In this document: piece by piece, positions 51,132 through 60,689 of the stretch | Layout of the letters: each line of letters starts with the position of its first letter | Numbering within the stretch: the stretch's first letter is position 1 | Source of the DNA: an uncultured Desulfobacterales bacterium | Lineage (GTDB): Bacteria > Desulfobacterota > DSM-4660 > Desulfatiglandales > HGW-15 | Reading direction: 5' to 3' | Assembly (NCBI GenBank): GCA_964647905.1 | Contig: CAZYJR010000002.1 | Span: forward strand, 7,198 to 71,197 | DNA length: 64,000 nucleotides | Program-made: the position numbers and the translations under genes | The notes under the pieces: generated by a model | The model's input: the letters and a program-made list of their open reading frames with translations, nothing else | The model's database searches: none | What the model was told of the DNA's origin: nothing

Positions 51132-51281
51132 TCTTCCTCCGCCACGCCTTTCCGGGTGGAAAGGCTTTGCTTGGAAAGCGGCCTTGTGCTAGGGTTAACA
51201 CCCAAAGCGCTGAGATTCAAGAGCATAGCCTTTTCAGGCTGGAAACCCGGTTTCCGAGGCAGGAGGTCCCTTCGGCACAAA

Positions 51282-51467
51282 ATGGCCACCATTCAACCCA
51301 AGGGCGAAAAACTAAGGCAGGCGGTTCGCTGGATCTCAGATCAGCGCCTGGATCATCCTCAAAAGACCTTCTCCTTGCTGATCCAGGAGGCCGGCGAACG
51401 GTTCAACCTGTCCCCCAAGGACGAGGCTTATCTGGAGTCGTTTTACCGGGGGTGTGACGAGCCGTAA
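51282..51467 (+). CDS. small hypothetical protein (61 aa)
   Basis: MATIQPKGEKLRQAVRWISDQRLDHPQKTFSLLIQEAGERFNLSPKDEAYLESFYRGCDEP. AGGAGG lies 15 nt upstream, and the amino-acid composition is protein-like. The upstream 168 codons of the track ORF are antisense to the membrane gene. Confidence 0.4.
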   Translation: MATIQPKGEKLRQAVRWISDQRLDHPQKTFSLLIQEAGERFNLSPKDEAYLESFYRGCDEP

Positions 51468-51485
51468 CTGCGCCGGGGAGTCGGG

Positions 51486-51758
51486 CTAGAACCCCCTGCC
51501 GGCCGGATGATGACCTGCCCTTTCCTTGGCCCGCCGCCCGGCACGCATCACTGCTGCTACGAAGACCGATAACACCAAGGTGATGATCAAGCCCCCGACC
51601 AGGATCGGCATCCAGTATCCATCCGAATCCCTGCTCCGGATTCCCACCCCCATGCTCAAGACACCGACAAAGACCGCATAGGCAGCCAGCAAAAGGGCTG
51701 TCAGAATCGCAACAACCCTCGCAGCCCTTTTGGGGGCGGACGGTTCGCGGTCTATCAT
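51486..51758 (-). CDS. small two-TM membrane protein
   Basis: 90 aa with two clear hydrophobic helices. The ATG overlaps the dnaA stop (ATGA). Confidence 0.45.
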   Translation of the reverse strand: MIDREPSAPKRAARVVAILTALLLAAYAVFVGVLSMGVGIRSRDSDGYWMPILVGGLIITLVLSVFVAAVMRAGRRAKERAGHHPAGRGF

Positions 51759-53107
51759 TTCTTCCCTTCCTCGATCCTCTGGCTGAGGAATTCCACCTGC
51801 TTGCGAACGCTGCGGTCAACCCTCATCCTGCTGGCGATCACCTCTGCCGCGTAAAGCACGGTGGAATGCTTCCGGTTGATCGAGCTCCCGATCTCCTCCA
51901 GGGTGGCGTCGGTGTGCTGGCGGCAAAGGTAGGCGTAAACATTCCGTGGATAAGCATAGATCTTCTTCCTGGAACGCGATGACAGGAGATCCGACTCCAC
52001 ATTGAAATAGCGGCATAGAAGCGTCTTGATTTCCTCCAGGCTGGTGGTGCCTGAATCGCTCACGTGGCACTTGATCACCTCCATTACCAAGTCCTTGGAA
52101 ATCTTCTCGTGCAGCAGCTCGGTCTTGGCCTTGAGGCAGGTCAAGGCGCTTTCGATTTGTCGCACGTCTTGACAAAGGTGCTTTGCCAGCAGATTCGTCG
52201 CCTCTTCTGATAGATGGATTTCCTGCTCGGCGGCCTTTCTCTGGAGTATCTTGAGCCTGGTCTCGTAGTCCGGCGGATTCATCCGTGTTATGATCCCGCT
52301 GGTCAGCCTCGATTCGATCCCCTTGCGCATGTGGGGGATGTCCTTGGGGAGGAGAGAGCTGGTGAAGATTATCTTCTTCCGGTCATTTGCCAGCGCATCC
52401 AGGGTATACTCCAGCTCCCGCTGCGTCTTCTCCTTGCCGCTCAGGAAATGGACCTCTTCCAGGAGCAATACGTCGCACGCCCGTCGGTACTTGCCCTTGA
52501 ACTCCTCAATACTGTTGTTCTTGAGGGCGAAGATCATCTCGTTGACAAAGTCCTCGGCCGTAATGTAGCAGACGCGGGAATTGGGATTCCGACTCAGTAT
52601 TGCATGGCCTATGGCCTGGGTTAGATGGCTCTTGCCGAGACCGGTGTTGGCCAGCATGAGGAGCGGGGTGTAGAGCATCTCCGAGCCCGAGGCCACGGAC
52701 TGGGAGACCGAATAGGCGAATTCGTTGCACTTGCCCACCACGAAACGATCGAACGTCAAGGCGTTGTTGAGCCACGAGCCGGTCATTACCCCCCGCCGCC
52801 TGCGCATGTTGGGGAAGGCTAGCTGTCTGGACTCCTGCTCGATGTCCGGCCCCAGATCCTTCCTTTCCTGCTGGCTCGCCCGAAAAACAAGATTAAAGGT
52901 CCTGCCTCCCACCTCCTGGAGCTTGCCCTGCAGGAGGGACCCGTAGTTCTCCTGGACCCAGTTCTTGGAGAACTTGTTGGGGCACTCCAAGACCACGGTG
53001 TCGCCGTTGCTCTCCACCAGGGCCAGCGGCTTGATCCAGAGGGAGAACCCCTGCTCGGTTACCTCGGATCGAACTCGATTTTTGGCTTCTTCCCATAGGC
53101 TGTTCAT
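51755..53107 (-). CDS. dnaA: chromosomal replication initiator protein DnaA
   Basis: NALTFDRFVVGKCNEFA, Walker A GLGKSHL, LLLEEVHFLSGKEKTQ box, and a C-terminal DNA-binding HSTVLYAAEVI motif. The ATG at 53107 gives MNSLWEEAKNRV.... Confidence 0.95.
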   Translation of the reverse strand: MNSLWEEAKNRVRSEVTEQGFSLWIKPLALVESNGDTVVLECPNKFSKNWVQENYGSLLQGKLQEVGGRTFNLVFRASQQERKDLGPDIEQESRQLAFPNMRRRRGVMTGSWLNNALTFDRFVVGKCNEFAYSVSQSVASGSEMLYTPLLMLANTGLGKSHLTQAIGHAILSRNPNSRVCYITAEDFVNEMIFALKNNSIEEFKGKYRRACDVLLLEEVHFLSGKEKTQRELEYTLDALANDRKKIIFTSSLLPKDIPHMRKGIESRLTSGIITRMNPPDYETRLKILQRKAAEQEIHLSEEATNLLAKHLCQDVRQIESALTCLKAKTELLHEKISKDLVMEVIKCHVSDSGTTSLEEIKTLLCRYFNVESDLLSSRSRKKIYAYPRNVYAYLCRQHTDATLEEIGSSINRKHSTVLYAAEVIASRMRVDRSVRKQVEFLSQRIEEGKK

Positions 53108-53756
53108 AGACAAACTCCAGCAAAAGAGGGGCGCTTCCGAGGGCCATAAGGAGCCCGCAAAGCTTGGTCGAGGTCGGTCTCCGGTCGACCCGCAGGAGCT
53201 GTTCAAAGACCTTAAGCAGCTCCGTAGGGTTTGCTCGCTCAGCTCGGATCCAGTGAAACCAGAAAATGGGCAGATTACGCTGATTTTCGGTGGAACAGGG
53301 TCTTGCCCGTCGATGTTTCGGGCCTATTATTCAAAAACCAGAGGGCCTGTCAAAGCTGATGGGAAGCGGGTTTCACTTACCCGCCGCCGAATTTTCAACA
53401 AAAAACAACCCGCTGAAATGACGACCTTATCGAGCCGGCCCACCATAACATGCGACTACGCAACGATATTCCAGGCCGTTCCCTTTTCCACCTGAATTCA
53501 AAAGCTTCATCGAGTTATCCCCCGCCGCCCGAAAAGATATTCACACCCCCAATTCTTTCGTTTTCTGGCTCTAGCTTCCAATTTCGGGCATTTTCAAGTT
53601 TTTCACCTGGGATTTCGGATCGCACCCCCCCGGCATGGGGGCCTGTATCCTCTTGCCTTCCCGGAATCCGCCGGGAACACCCCTCCCTTCATTGCCCCAA
53701 AAAAGAGTGAAACAGGCCTTAAAATGACTCAAAACTTCTTTTTAACGCCATCTTAA
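53108..53756. other. candidate oriC / dnaA promoter region (gene-free, 650 bp)
   Basis: No supportable ORF. AT-rich tracts occur at 53395..53420 and 53700..53756. Degenerate DnaA-box-like 9-mers, each 7/9 to TTATCCACA, are TTTTCCACC (53483), TTATCCCCC (53514) and ATATTCACA (53536). Confidence 0.4.
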
Positions 53757-54773
53757 TCAGCAGATACGAGGCAAAAGCTCCCCGGAAAGGGTTGAGAGGA
53801 CCCTTCGCCCCCCTACACTGGTTTCCATTGTGACTCTGGCTGGAGATCCGCTTTCGGTCACCTGGCCTATGACAGCCGCCTCCCTGCCCAGCGGGTGGGC
53901 CCGCATCTTGGCGAGAACCTTGCCCGCAGAGGCCCGGGGGACTACGGCCAGGCACTTGCCTTCATTGGCCACATAGAGGGGGTCCAGGCCCAGCATCTCG
54001 CAGGCAGAGGCCACCGCAGGGTGAACCGGGATTTCTTTCTCCTTGATGCGAACCCCGACCCCTGAACAAGACGCGATCTCGTTCAACGCAGTCGCAACAC
54101 CACCCCGCGTTGGGTCGCGAAGCACATGTACATCCACGCCGGGCTTCAGGAAGGAGGCCACCAGCCCGTTCAGCGGCGCAGTGTCGCTGACGACCTCCAC
54201 CTGGAAGTCGAGGCCTTCACGTTGGGCCAAGACGGCTATCCCGTGGTCACCCACCCCGCCGCTTAGTATTATCAGGTCGCCCGGCCTCGCATTGCCCGCA
54301 CCCACAGACACATCCCCCCGGATCCAGCCCACCCCGGAGGTGTTAATGAAGATCTTGTCGGCATGGCCCCGCGGAACCACCTTGGTATCTCCCGCCGCCA
54401 CCAGGACGCCGGCCTCTCCAGCGGCCCGCGCCACTCCGTCCAAGACGGTCTCCAGGTCGTGAAAAGAGAGCCCTTCCTCCAAGATCAGGGCCAGGGTCAG
54501 GAATGCGGGGTTTGCTCCCTGCATGGCCAAGTCGTTGACCGTCCCGTTTACAGCAAGCCTCCCTATATCGCCGCCCGGGAAGAAAATAGGGTCCACGACA
54601 TAGGAATCCGTGGTGATCGCCATTCGGCCCCGCCCGGAAGGGACCACTGCGCTGTCGTCGAGCGGGCGCAGAAACTCGTTTTCCAGCCGGCCCAGGATGA
54701 GTTCCTCCACCAGGGCCCTGGCGGCCCCGCCCCCTCCGCCGTGATCCAGCTCCACATATCTCGCCATTTCCAC
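53757..54773 (-). CDS. hypE: [NiFe]-hydrogenase maturation protein HypE
   Basis: AIR-synthase-like fold motifs (TTDSYVV.PIFFPGGDIG, GDTKVV) and the invariant C-terminal ...PRIC. Confidence 0.9.
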   Translation of the reverse strand: MEMARYVELDHGGGGGAARALVEELILGRLENEFLRPLDDSAVVPSGRGRMAITTDSYVVDPIFFPGGDIGRLAVNGTVNDLAMQGANPAFLTLALILEEGLSFHDLETVLDGVARAAGEAGVLVAAGDTKVVPRGHADKIFINTSGVGWIRGDVSVGAGNARPGDLIILSGGVGDHGIAVLAQREGLDFQVEVVSDTAPLNGLVASFLKPGVDVHVLRDPTRGGVATALNEIASCSGVGVRIKEKEIPVHPAVASACEMLGLDPLYVANEGKCLAVVPRASAGKVLAKMRAHPLGREAAVIGQVTESGSPARVTMETSVGGRRVLSTLSGELLPRIC

Positions 54774-54845
54774 CCCCCCTCGGCTTTTAGCCTTTCCAAA
54801 GCCCGCCTGTTGTGCTATCCCATTCGACGTTGCCTGCTGAGTTCA

Positions 54846-54861
54846 TGTTTCACGTGAAACA
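54846..54861. promoter_or_regulatory. parS: parS centromere site
   Basis: TGTTTCACGTGAAACA is a perfect match to the 16-bp palindromic parS consensus. It lies 25 bp upstream of the parA ATG. Confidence 0.85.
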
Positions 54862-54885
54862 TCTCTGTCAAGGCCCTTGGAGTCC

Positions 54886-55680
54886 ATGGCTGAAATAGTA
54901 TCCATTTCCAATCAGAAGGGGGGCGTAGGCAAGACGACCTCCGCCCTCAACCTCGCCGCGTCCCTCGCCGCTGCGGAAAAGGCCTGCCTGGTGGTCGACT
55001 GCGACCCCCAGGGCAACGCGACCACCGGCCTCGGCCTGGACCCCAAGGAGCTTCCGGCCGGGCTCTACGACCTCCTCCTGGCGGCCACCCCTGCCGAGAG
55101 GGCCGTCATCGACACCAATCTCCCCGGTCTTTCCCTTATAGGCGCCGATCCCAACCTCATCGGAGCAGAGGTGGAGATCGCCGGCAGCCCCGACCGCGAG
55201 TTCAGGTTGAGGGCCGCCCTACTGCCGCTCAAAGAGCGCTTCGATTTCATATTCCTGGACTGCCCCCCCTCGCTCGGATTTCTCACGCTTAACGCGCTAA
55301 CCGCAGCCGACTCCCTCCTTGTGCCCCTCCAGTGCGAGTACTACGCCCTGGAGGGGCTGAGCAAGCTTATGGAGACCCTCCATGCGGTCAGGCGAGGCCT
55401 CAACCCGGCCATAGGCCTCACAGGCATACTCCTTACCATGTACGACGCGCGAAACAACCTCTCCATACAGGTGGAGCAGGAAGTCAGGGATCACTTCAAG
55501 GAAATGGTCTTTCAGGTGGTCATCCCCAGGAACGTCAGGCTGAGCGAGGCCCCCAGCCACGGGCTGCCGGTCCTCCTCTACGACATCAGGTCCAAGGGGG
55601 CCCAGAGCTACCTCGCCCTGGCCCGCGAGTTCATAAGCCGTGGAGTCCGACCAAATGCCCAAGCGAAAAGCCCTAGGTAA
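54886..55680 (+). CDS. parA: chromosome partitioning ATPase ParA/Soj
   Basis: Deviant Walker A NQKGGVGKTT, DCDPQGNAT and FIFLDCPPSLG. Confidence 0.9.
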   Translation: MAEIVSISNQKGGVGKTTSALNLAASLAAAEKACLVVDCDPQGNATTGLGLDPKELPAGLYDLLLAATPAERAVIDTNLPGLSLIGADPNLIGAEVEIAGSPDREFRLRAALLPLKERFDFIFLDCPPSLGFLTLNALTAADSLLVPLQCEYYALEGLSKLMETLHAVRRGLNPAIGLTGILLTMYDARNNLSIQVEQEVRDHFKEMVFQVVIPRNVRLSEAPSHGLPVLLYDIRSKGAQSYLALAREFISRGVRPNAQAKSPR

Positions 55681-56494
55681 AGGCCTCTCCGCCCTCATCC
55701 CCGAGGCGGGGGGGGCGGATGAAAAGCACCCGGCCTTCTTCCAATGCCCGGTACACGCCATAGAACCCAACCCCAATCAGCCCAGGAGGACCTTCGAGCA
55801 TTCGGACTTCCAGGAACTCGTAGACTCGGTCAGGGAAAAGGGGGTCGTGACGCCCCTCCTGGTCAGCAGGACCGAAGGCGGATACCGCCTCATAGCCGGC
55901 GAAAGGCGCTGGAGGGCCGCCCAAAAGGCGGGGCTGCACACCGTACCGGTCGTGGTCCGCGAGGGCTCGGAGGCGGAGGCGCTGGAGCTCGCCCTGATCG
56001 AAAACATCCATAGGAGGGACCTGAACCCCATCGAAGAGGCTCTGGCCTATCGCCGGTGCATCGAGGAGGCCGGCCTGACCCAGGAGGCCCTGGCCCACCG
56101 CCTGGGACGGGACCGCACCACCATCACCAACATGCTTCGCCTCTTGGCCCTGCCCCGCTCCATCCAGGAAGACCTCCTCGAGGAGCGGCTCACCATGGGA
56201 CACGCGCGGGTATTGGCGGGACTCAAGAGCGCGGAAGACCACACCGCTCTCAGGGACCGAATACTCCGCAAAGGCCTGTCGGTCCGCCAGGCCGAAGCAG
56301 AGGCCCGCAAGCTCTTCCGCAGCGCCGCCTCCACTCCGCATGCCCCGGACCCGCACTTGCAGTCCCTGAGCGAGGACCTCAAGCGCTCCCTGGGGACCAA
56401 GGTGGAGATATCCCGCCGAGGCCGCCGGGGCCGGATAACGATTCACTTCCACTCGGACGAGGAACTGGAACGCCTCCTGGATCGACTGACCTAA
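55655..56494 (+). CDS. parB: chromosome partitioning protein ParB/Spo0J
   Basis: KRKALGKGLSALI N-terminus, ParB box GERRWRAA, and HTH QEALAHRLGRDRTTITNMLRLL. It overlaps the parA 3' end by 26 nt. Confidence 0.9.
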   Translation: MPKRKALGKGLSALIPEAGGADEKHPAFFQCPVHAIEPNPNQPRRTFEHSDFQELVDSVREKGVVTPLLVSRTEGGYRLIAGERRWRAAQKAGLHTVPVVVREGSEAEALELALIENIHRRDLNPIEEALAYRRCIEEAGLTQEALAHRLGRDRTTITNMLRLLALPRSIQEDLLEERLTMGHARVLAGLKSAEDHTALRDRILRKGLSVRQAEAEARKLFRSAASTPHAPDPHLQSLSEDLKRSLGTKVEISRRGRRGRITIHFHSDEELERLLDRLT

Positions 56495-57093
56495 TCCCTC
56501 CCCCCACGGCGGAACCGGGGCTCCTCCCCTCTCACGAGCCTGCCAATGTTTCCGCGGTGCCTGAGGACAACGAGGCCGGCCACTCCCAGCGCCGCAACCA
56601 CGGTCCACCAAGCATAGCCCGTGCAAGCCAAAAAAACCGGCATGGAACACGCGGCGACCATGGATCCCAACGACACATACCTCGTCAACCGGGCAGCCGC
56701 CAGGAAGACCAAGACCGCCAGAAGGCTGGCAATGGGTGCGAGCGCTGCGAACATCCCCAGAGCGGTCGCCACGCCCTTGCCCCCATTGAACCGCAGGAAT
56801 ACGGAAAACTGATGCCCGACCACAGCAGCAACACCCGCGGCCTCTGGGAGCCCGCTTGCCTCTGGAAAGGCGGCTCTTGACGCCGCCACGGGCAGCACCC
56901 CTTTCATCGCATCCAGCAGGAGGGTCACCACACCCCACCCCGCACCCACTTGGCGGGCCACATTGGTCGCACCTATATTCCCGCTACCCCCTTCCCGCAC
57001 GTCAACCCGCGCGACACCCTGTCCGATCAGCCGACCGAACGGCACTCCGCCCACAAGATAAGAAAGGACTATCAATAGGCCCCAAACAGCCAT
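56491..57093 (-). CDS. plsY: glycerol-3-phosphate acyltransferase PlsY
   Basis: YLVGGVPFGRLI...REGGSGNIGATN...GHQFSVFLRFNGGKGVAT. The ATG at 57093 gives 200 aa. The track ORF carries 147 spurious N-terminal codons. Confidence 0.9.
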   Translation of the reverse strand: MAVWGLLIVLSYLVGGVPFGRLIGQGVARVDVREGGSGNIGATNVARQVGAGWGVVTLLLDAMKGVLPVAASRAAFPEASGLPEAAGVAAVVGHQFSVFLRFNGGKGVATALGMFAALAPIASLLAVLVFLAAARLTRYVSLGSMVAACSMPVFLACTGYAWWTVVAALGVAGLVVLRHRGNIGRLVRGEEPRFRRGGRD

Positions 57094-57340
57094 GTCATCC
57101 GTCCACCAAATCGTCTCCAAGCCCCCGGAGGGGGCCGGCAAGCCCCCTTGTCCGAACCGGAGCCCCGCATAGCTCGCATATCTATATCTGTTCAAAAAGC
57201 TTGTCGAGCCTGTGTTAGAAATGCCGGGACAAACGGGGGAGCTTTCCATGACAGCCGCCCGGGCCGCAGGGCCCGGGCGTTGCGGTGAATCGGTTGGATC
57301 CGGTCGCCTCGCACGTGGAGTGCGCATCTCCAAACCGAGA

Positions 57341-57838
57341 TTACATATAGAAGTACTTCTTCCAGAACTCGGGGTCTTCCTTGTCCTTCCAGTAGTCTCC
57401 GAACTTTTGCTCGAAGAAATCCTCCAAACGTTCGAACCACCTTTTCCGCTTCTCGGCCTTTCCAGCTGCCTCCTCCAGCACATCCAGCAGAAAAGTCCCG
57501 ATCTCGGAAATCTTGTCCTTGGGCACATACGCATGAGCCCCGGACCGGATGGACTTTACGAAATTGTCAGCGCTCAGGGCATGAGCGGTCAACATCAGCG
57601 TTGGGATCCCTCGCTTGGCCGTCTCCTCCAGGAGGTCATAACCCCTGACACCCATGATATCCAGGATAGCGGCATCATACTCCTTGCTCTCCAAGAACTT
57701 CTTGGCTCCCTCGTAATCCGACGCCTTGTCCAACTCGCACATGTCCAGGAGATCTTCCAACGACCCAAGGATATCCGGCTCGTCGTCCACGATCAGTACC
57801 CTCTTCCCTCGAAGCAGCTCTTCTCTCTCACCGGTCAT
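57341..57838 (-). CDS. response regulator receiver protein with a short C-terminal extension
   Basis: KRVLIVDDEPDILGSL...AAILDIMGVRGYDLL...TLMLTAH...YVPK. GGAGGAG RBS before the ATG at 57838. Confidence 0.8.
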   Translation of the reverse strand: MTGEREELLRGKRVLIVDDEPDILGSLEDLLDMCELDKASDYEGAKKFLESKEYDAAILDIMGVRGYDLLEETAKRGIPTLMLTAHALSADNFVKSIRSGAHAYVPKDKISEIGTFLLDVLEEAAGKAEKRKRWFERLEDFFEQKFGDYWKDKEDPEFWKKYFYM

Positions 57839-57971
57839 AACTCTCTCCTCCCACTGGAGCGCACACCCGCCCGCAACCCGACTCAGGCGCCCCGGTAACG
57901 GTGGTAATTGAAAACGGCCGCCTACCGCCTCTTGCCGCCGATCCCTCATTTTAACGCCTACCGAGGATTTT

Positions 57972-59270
57972 TCAACCGGAAGGGCCTTTTTTCTCTCTAT
58001 TATTCTTGAACGGCGAAGCGGTGCCATGACCGTCCCAAATCAACCGCTTGGGATCCCGCCGGTCCTTGAGGGAGAGTGCCCCTTCCGGGCACACCCCCAC
58101 ACAGAACCCGCAACTCCAGCAGAGCCCTGGATCCGCCACAACCCTGCCGAATTCCTCATCCACCCGAAGCGCGCCGTAAACGCACACCCTGGTGCAGGCC
58201 CCGCAACCCGAGCAGCTTTCCGGATCAGCTGCCGGCAAATACGGCCCCTCCGGGGGCAGGGCATAGGGGAACGCTTCCCTTGCAGCCAGGGTCCCGGCGT
58301 CGCACACCAATGGCAGAACCTTGCCCATGAACTCATCCGGAGCCCTGTAACCCCGGACCTCCATCCACTCCTCGAGGCCTGAATTAATCCGTTCGAAAAG
58401 CCCGGGCCCCTCGAAATACAGCCCGGAGCCCACCCCGACCAGGCGGCAGCCGGCGAGCAGATACTGGAGCACATCGCTATGCCCGGAAACGCCCCCCACC
58501 CCTATGACCGGTAAGCTGGAAGCCCTCAGGAGGCGCACCGCCCTGGCAAGCGAAAAGGGCAGAAAAGCCCGGCCCATGGCGTACCCCCCTATGGCGGGCG
58601 CGCCAAAGGGCTCCTCGGCCTCGACGTCGATCACCAAACCCCCGGGTGCATTGTGGGCCGTTATAAAGTCGGCCCCGCTCCTCTCCAGGCATTGAGCGGC
58701 CTCCTCCAGGGGCTCGAGCATAGGTCCGATCTTCACCCCTATGGGCACCCTCTGCGCGCTTGACTTCACCGCCTCCAGTATCCGCCCCGCCACGGTGAAG
58801 TCAGCCTCAAAGACCCGACCCACATGCGGGCATGAAAAGTTCAATTCCAAGAGACAGGCCCCGGAATCAGCCATGGCTCGAGCGGTCTCGCGCCACCCCG
58901 AGAGATCCGAGGGCTCCTCGAAAAAGCTCGCCACCAGCCCCACCGAATACCTTTGGCAGATCTCTGACATTTTGGAGACCCGGCGGCACCAGGGACCGAT
59001 GGGCTCGACGTGAGGGGCGGCGAGCGAATAAAGGCACTTTCCTTCCCGGAAGCCCTTCCCCAGCCCTCCCAGCGGAAACTGGTACGGCCGCACGCGCACC
59101 TTGTACTCCGGTTTGGACGTGAACGTCTTGGTCACCACACCGCCGGCACCGGCCACACACAATCCTTCAACCGCCGCAGGCACGGCCCCCCATTCAGACG
59201 ACGAGGCCACCACCGGGCTCCTGAACCGAATCCCGGCAAGGTGGACCCCCAAATGCCCCTCGGTATCCAT
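57972..59270 (-). CDS. dihydroorotate/dihydropyrimidine dehydrogenase-family flavoprotein with C-terminal 2x[4Fe-4S] ferredoxin domain (PreA-like)
   Basis: LELNFSCPHV (active-site Cys loop), VIGVGGVSGHSDVLQYLLAGCRLVGVGSG (FMN-binding tail), then CSGCGACTRVC and CWSCGFCVGVCP. The start is either ATG at 59270 or GTG at 59291. Confidence 0.8.
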   Translation of the reverse strand: MDTEGHLGVHLAGIRFRSPVVASSSEWGAVPAAVEGLCVAGAGGVVTKTFTSKPEYKVRVRPYQFPLGGLGKGFREGKCLYSLAAPHVEPIGPWCRRVSKMSEICQRYSVGLVASFFEEPSDLSGWRETARAMADSGACLLELNFSCPHVGRVFEADFTVAGRILEAVKSSAQRVPIGVKIGPMLEPLEEAAQCLERSGADFITAHNAPGGLVIDVEAEEPFGAPAIGGYAMGRAFLPFSLARAVRLLRASSLPVIGVGGVSGHSDVLQYLLAGCRLVGVGSGLYFEGPGLFERINSGLEEWMEVRGYRAPDEFMGKVLPLVCDAGTLAAREAFPYALPPEGPYLPAADPESCSGCGACTRVCVYGALRVDEEFGRVVADPGLCWSCGFCVGVCPEGALSLKDRRDPKRLIWDGHGTASPFKNNREKKGPSG

Positions 59271-59298
59271 GGTTCTCTCCGAAACCCCCACAGCCGCC

Positions 59299-60672
59299 TT
59301 AGCGCCCGGAGTTTCTTGTCTCTATGAATTTGGTCTTTTTCTTCTCCCGGGGTAGTGTCCCGGCCGGGACCCATTCTATCTTCGGCGCTACACGCAGCTC
59401 GCGCCGGAAGAGATCCATGATTCTCTCTTCCAGCCCATTGAGCTCCTGCTCCGCCGTCCCCGCACCGTACTCCACCTTCAGCCCGAGGGGCGGGGGGACC
59501 ACCGGGCCCGGTCCATCCAGGACGACCCTGAAGTGACCGGTCACCTCGGGCCTGAACTTGAAGAGGGCCTCTTGAATGGCGGTGGGATACACATTCACCC
59601 CCTTTACGATCAGCATGTCGTCGGCCCTGCCCACGATGCGGAATGTCATTCCCGGCATGCCGCACGGGCAGGGTTTTGTGGAGACCTCCAGTATGTCCCC
59701 CAGCGCATAGCGCATGAACGGCCCCCCTTCCCAGTCGAGAAACGTAAACACCATCTCTCCCCTGGCGCCTTGCCGCAGCTCCACCGGCTCCTTGTTCTCA
59801 GGGTCCACCAGCTCCAGCAAGCAGTGATCCTCGCTCACGAAATGCATCCCGCTGTACTGCTCCGGAGGCTCATCGCATGATATACCGTGGAAGGCATGCC
59901 CTCCCCCGGTGTGATCGAAGACCTTGGCCCCGAAGCCTTGGGCCAATAGGGTCCTGACCTCAGGGTTCCCGCCTCCCGGCTCCCCCGCGCAGAAGAACCA
60001 CCTGAGCCCCAGGTCCCGGGCCTCCTTGCCGGTGAGCTCCCTGCTCCTCTCCAGAAGATACAGTCCGAAGGAGGGGGTGGCGATTATGGCGTCAGGAGCG
60101 GTCAGGCGGATGAAATCCAAGACCCTCTGGGTGCCCCCTTCTATCCCCACCGGGACCACACAGGCTCCCATGTGCTGTATGCCTTGGGACAGAGGAAGCC
60201 CGCCGGTGAACATGCTCAGGGAGAGGGCCTGTATCATCACGTGACCGGGCCGGATCCCGGCGCGCCAGTACTTGCGTGCGTGCATCTCATTGACCACGCC
60301 CACATCGTGCTTGGTCAAGGTGTAGAGTGTCGGTGTTCCGGTGGTACCCGAGGTGGAATTGATACGCACCAATTTGTCCCTGGGCGCGCAGGCCAGCAGG
60401 GAGTAGGGGTCTCCGTAGCGTTCAAGGGATTCCTCCTGGGCCCTGCGGTGCTCGTCCTTGGTCATCAAGGGGAGCCCGGCGAAATCAGCGAAGCTCCGGA
60501 TGTCTCCCGGCTCCGCCCCCGCGGTCCGGAACTTGGCCCGATGGAATTCGGAATGCTCGTAGTTGTACGCCACCTGCTTCTTCAGCTTCTCCCACTGGAG
60601 AGCCCTCATCTCCTCCCTGGACAGGGTCTCTATGAACTCGTTCCAGAGGCGTCTATCCCCTTGGTGCTTCAT
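59299..60672 (-). CDS. phenylacetate-CoA ligase (PaaK)/coenzyme F390 synthetase-family adenylating enzyme
   Basis: STSGTTGTPT AMP-binding P-loop variant, RADDMLIVKGVNVYP, N-terminal ...LQWEKLKKQV.... 457 aa. Confidence 0.85.
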   Translation of the reverse strand: MKHQGDRRLWNEFIETLSREEMRALQWEKLKKQVAYNYEHSEFHRAKFRTAGAEPGDIRSFADFAGLPLMTKDEHRRAQEESLERYGDPYSLLACAPRDKLVRINSTSGTTGTPTLYTLTKHDVGVVNEMHARKYWRAGIRPGHVMIQALSLSMFTGGLPLSQGIQHMGACVVPVGIEGGTQRVLDFIRLTAPDAIIATPSFGLYLLERSRELTGKEARDLGLRWFFCAGEPGGGNPEVRTLLAQGFGAKVFDHTGGGHAFHGISCDEPPEQYSGMHFVSEDHCLLELVDPENKEPVELRQGARGEMVFTFLDWEGGPFMRYALGDILEVSTKPCPCGMPGMTFRIVGRADDMLIVKGVNVYPTAIQEALFKFRPEVTGHFRVVLDGPGPVVPPPLGLKVEYGAGTAEQELNGLEERIMDLFRRELRVAPKIEWVPAGTLPREKKKTKFIETRNSGR

Positions 60673-60689
60673 CAGCTCTTCTCTCCTTC

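Noticed and set aside
55673-56938. 421-aa minus-strand ORF
   Set aside because: It is antisense to parB and out of frame with plsY, with no motifs.
57094-57534. 147-codon N-terminal extension of the plsY ORF
   Set aside because: PlsY homology, including its first TM helix, starts at MAVWGLLIVLSYLVGGVPFG. The extension is Arg/Ser/Pro-rich with no support.
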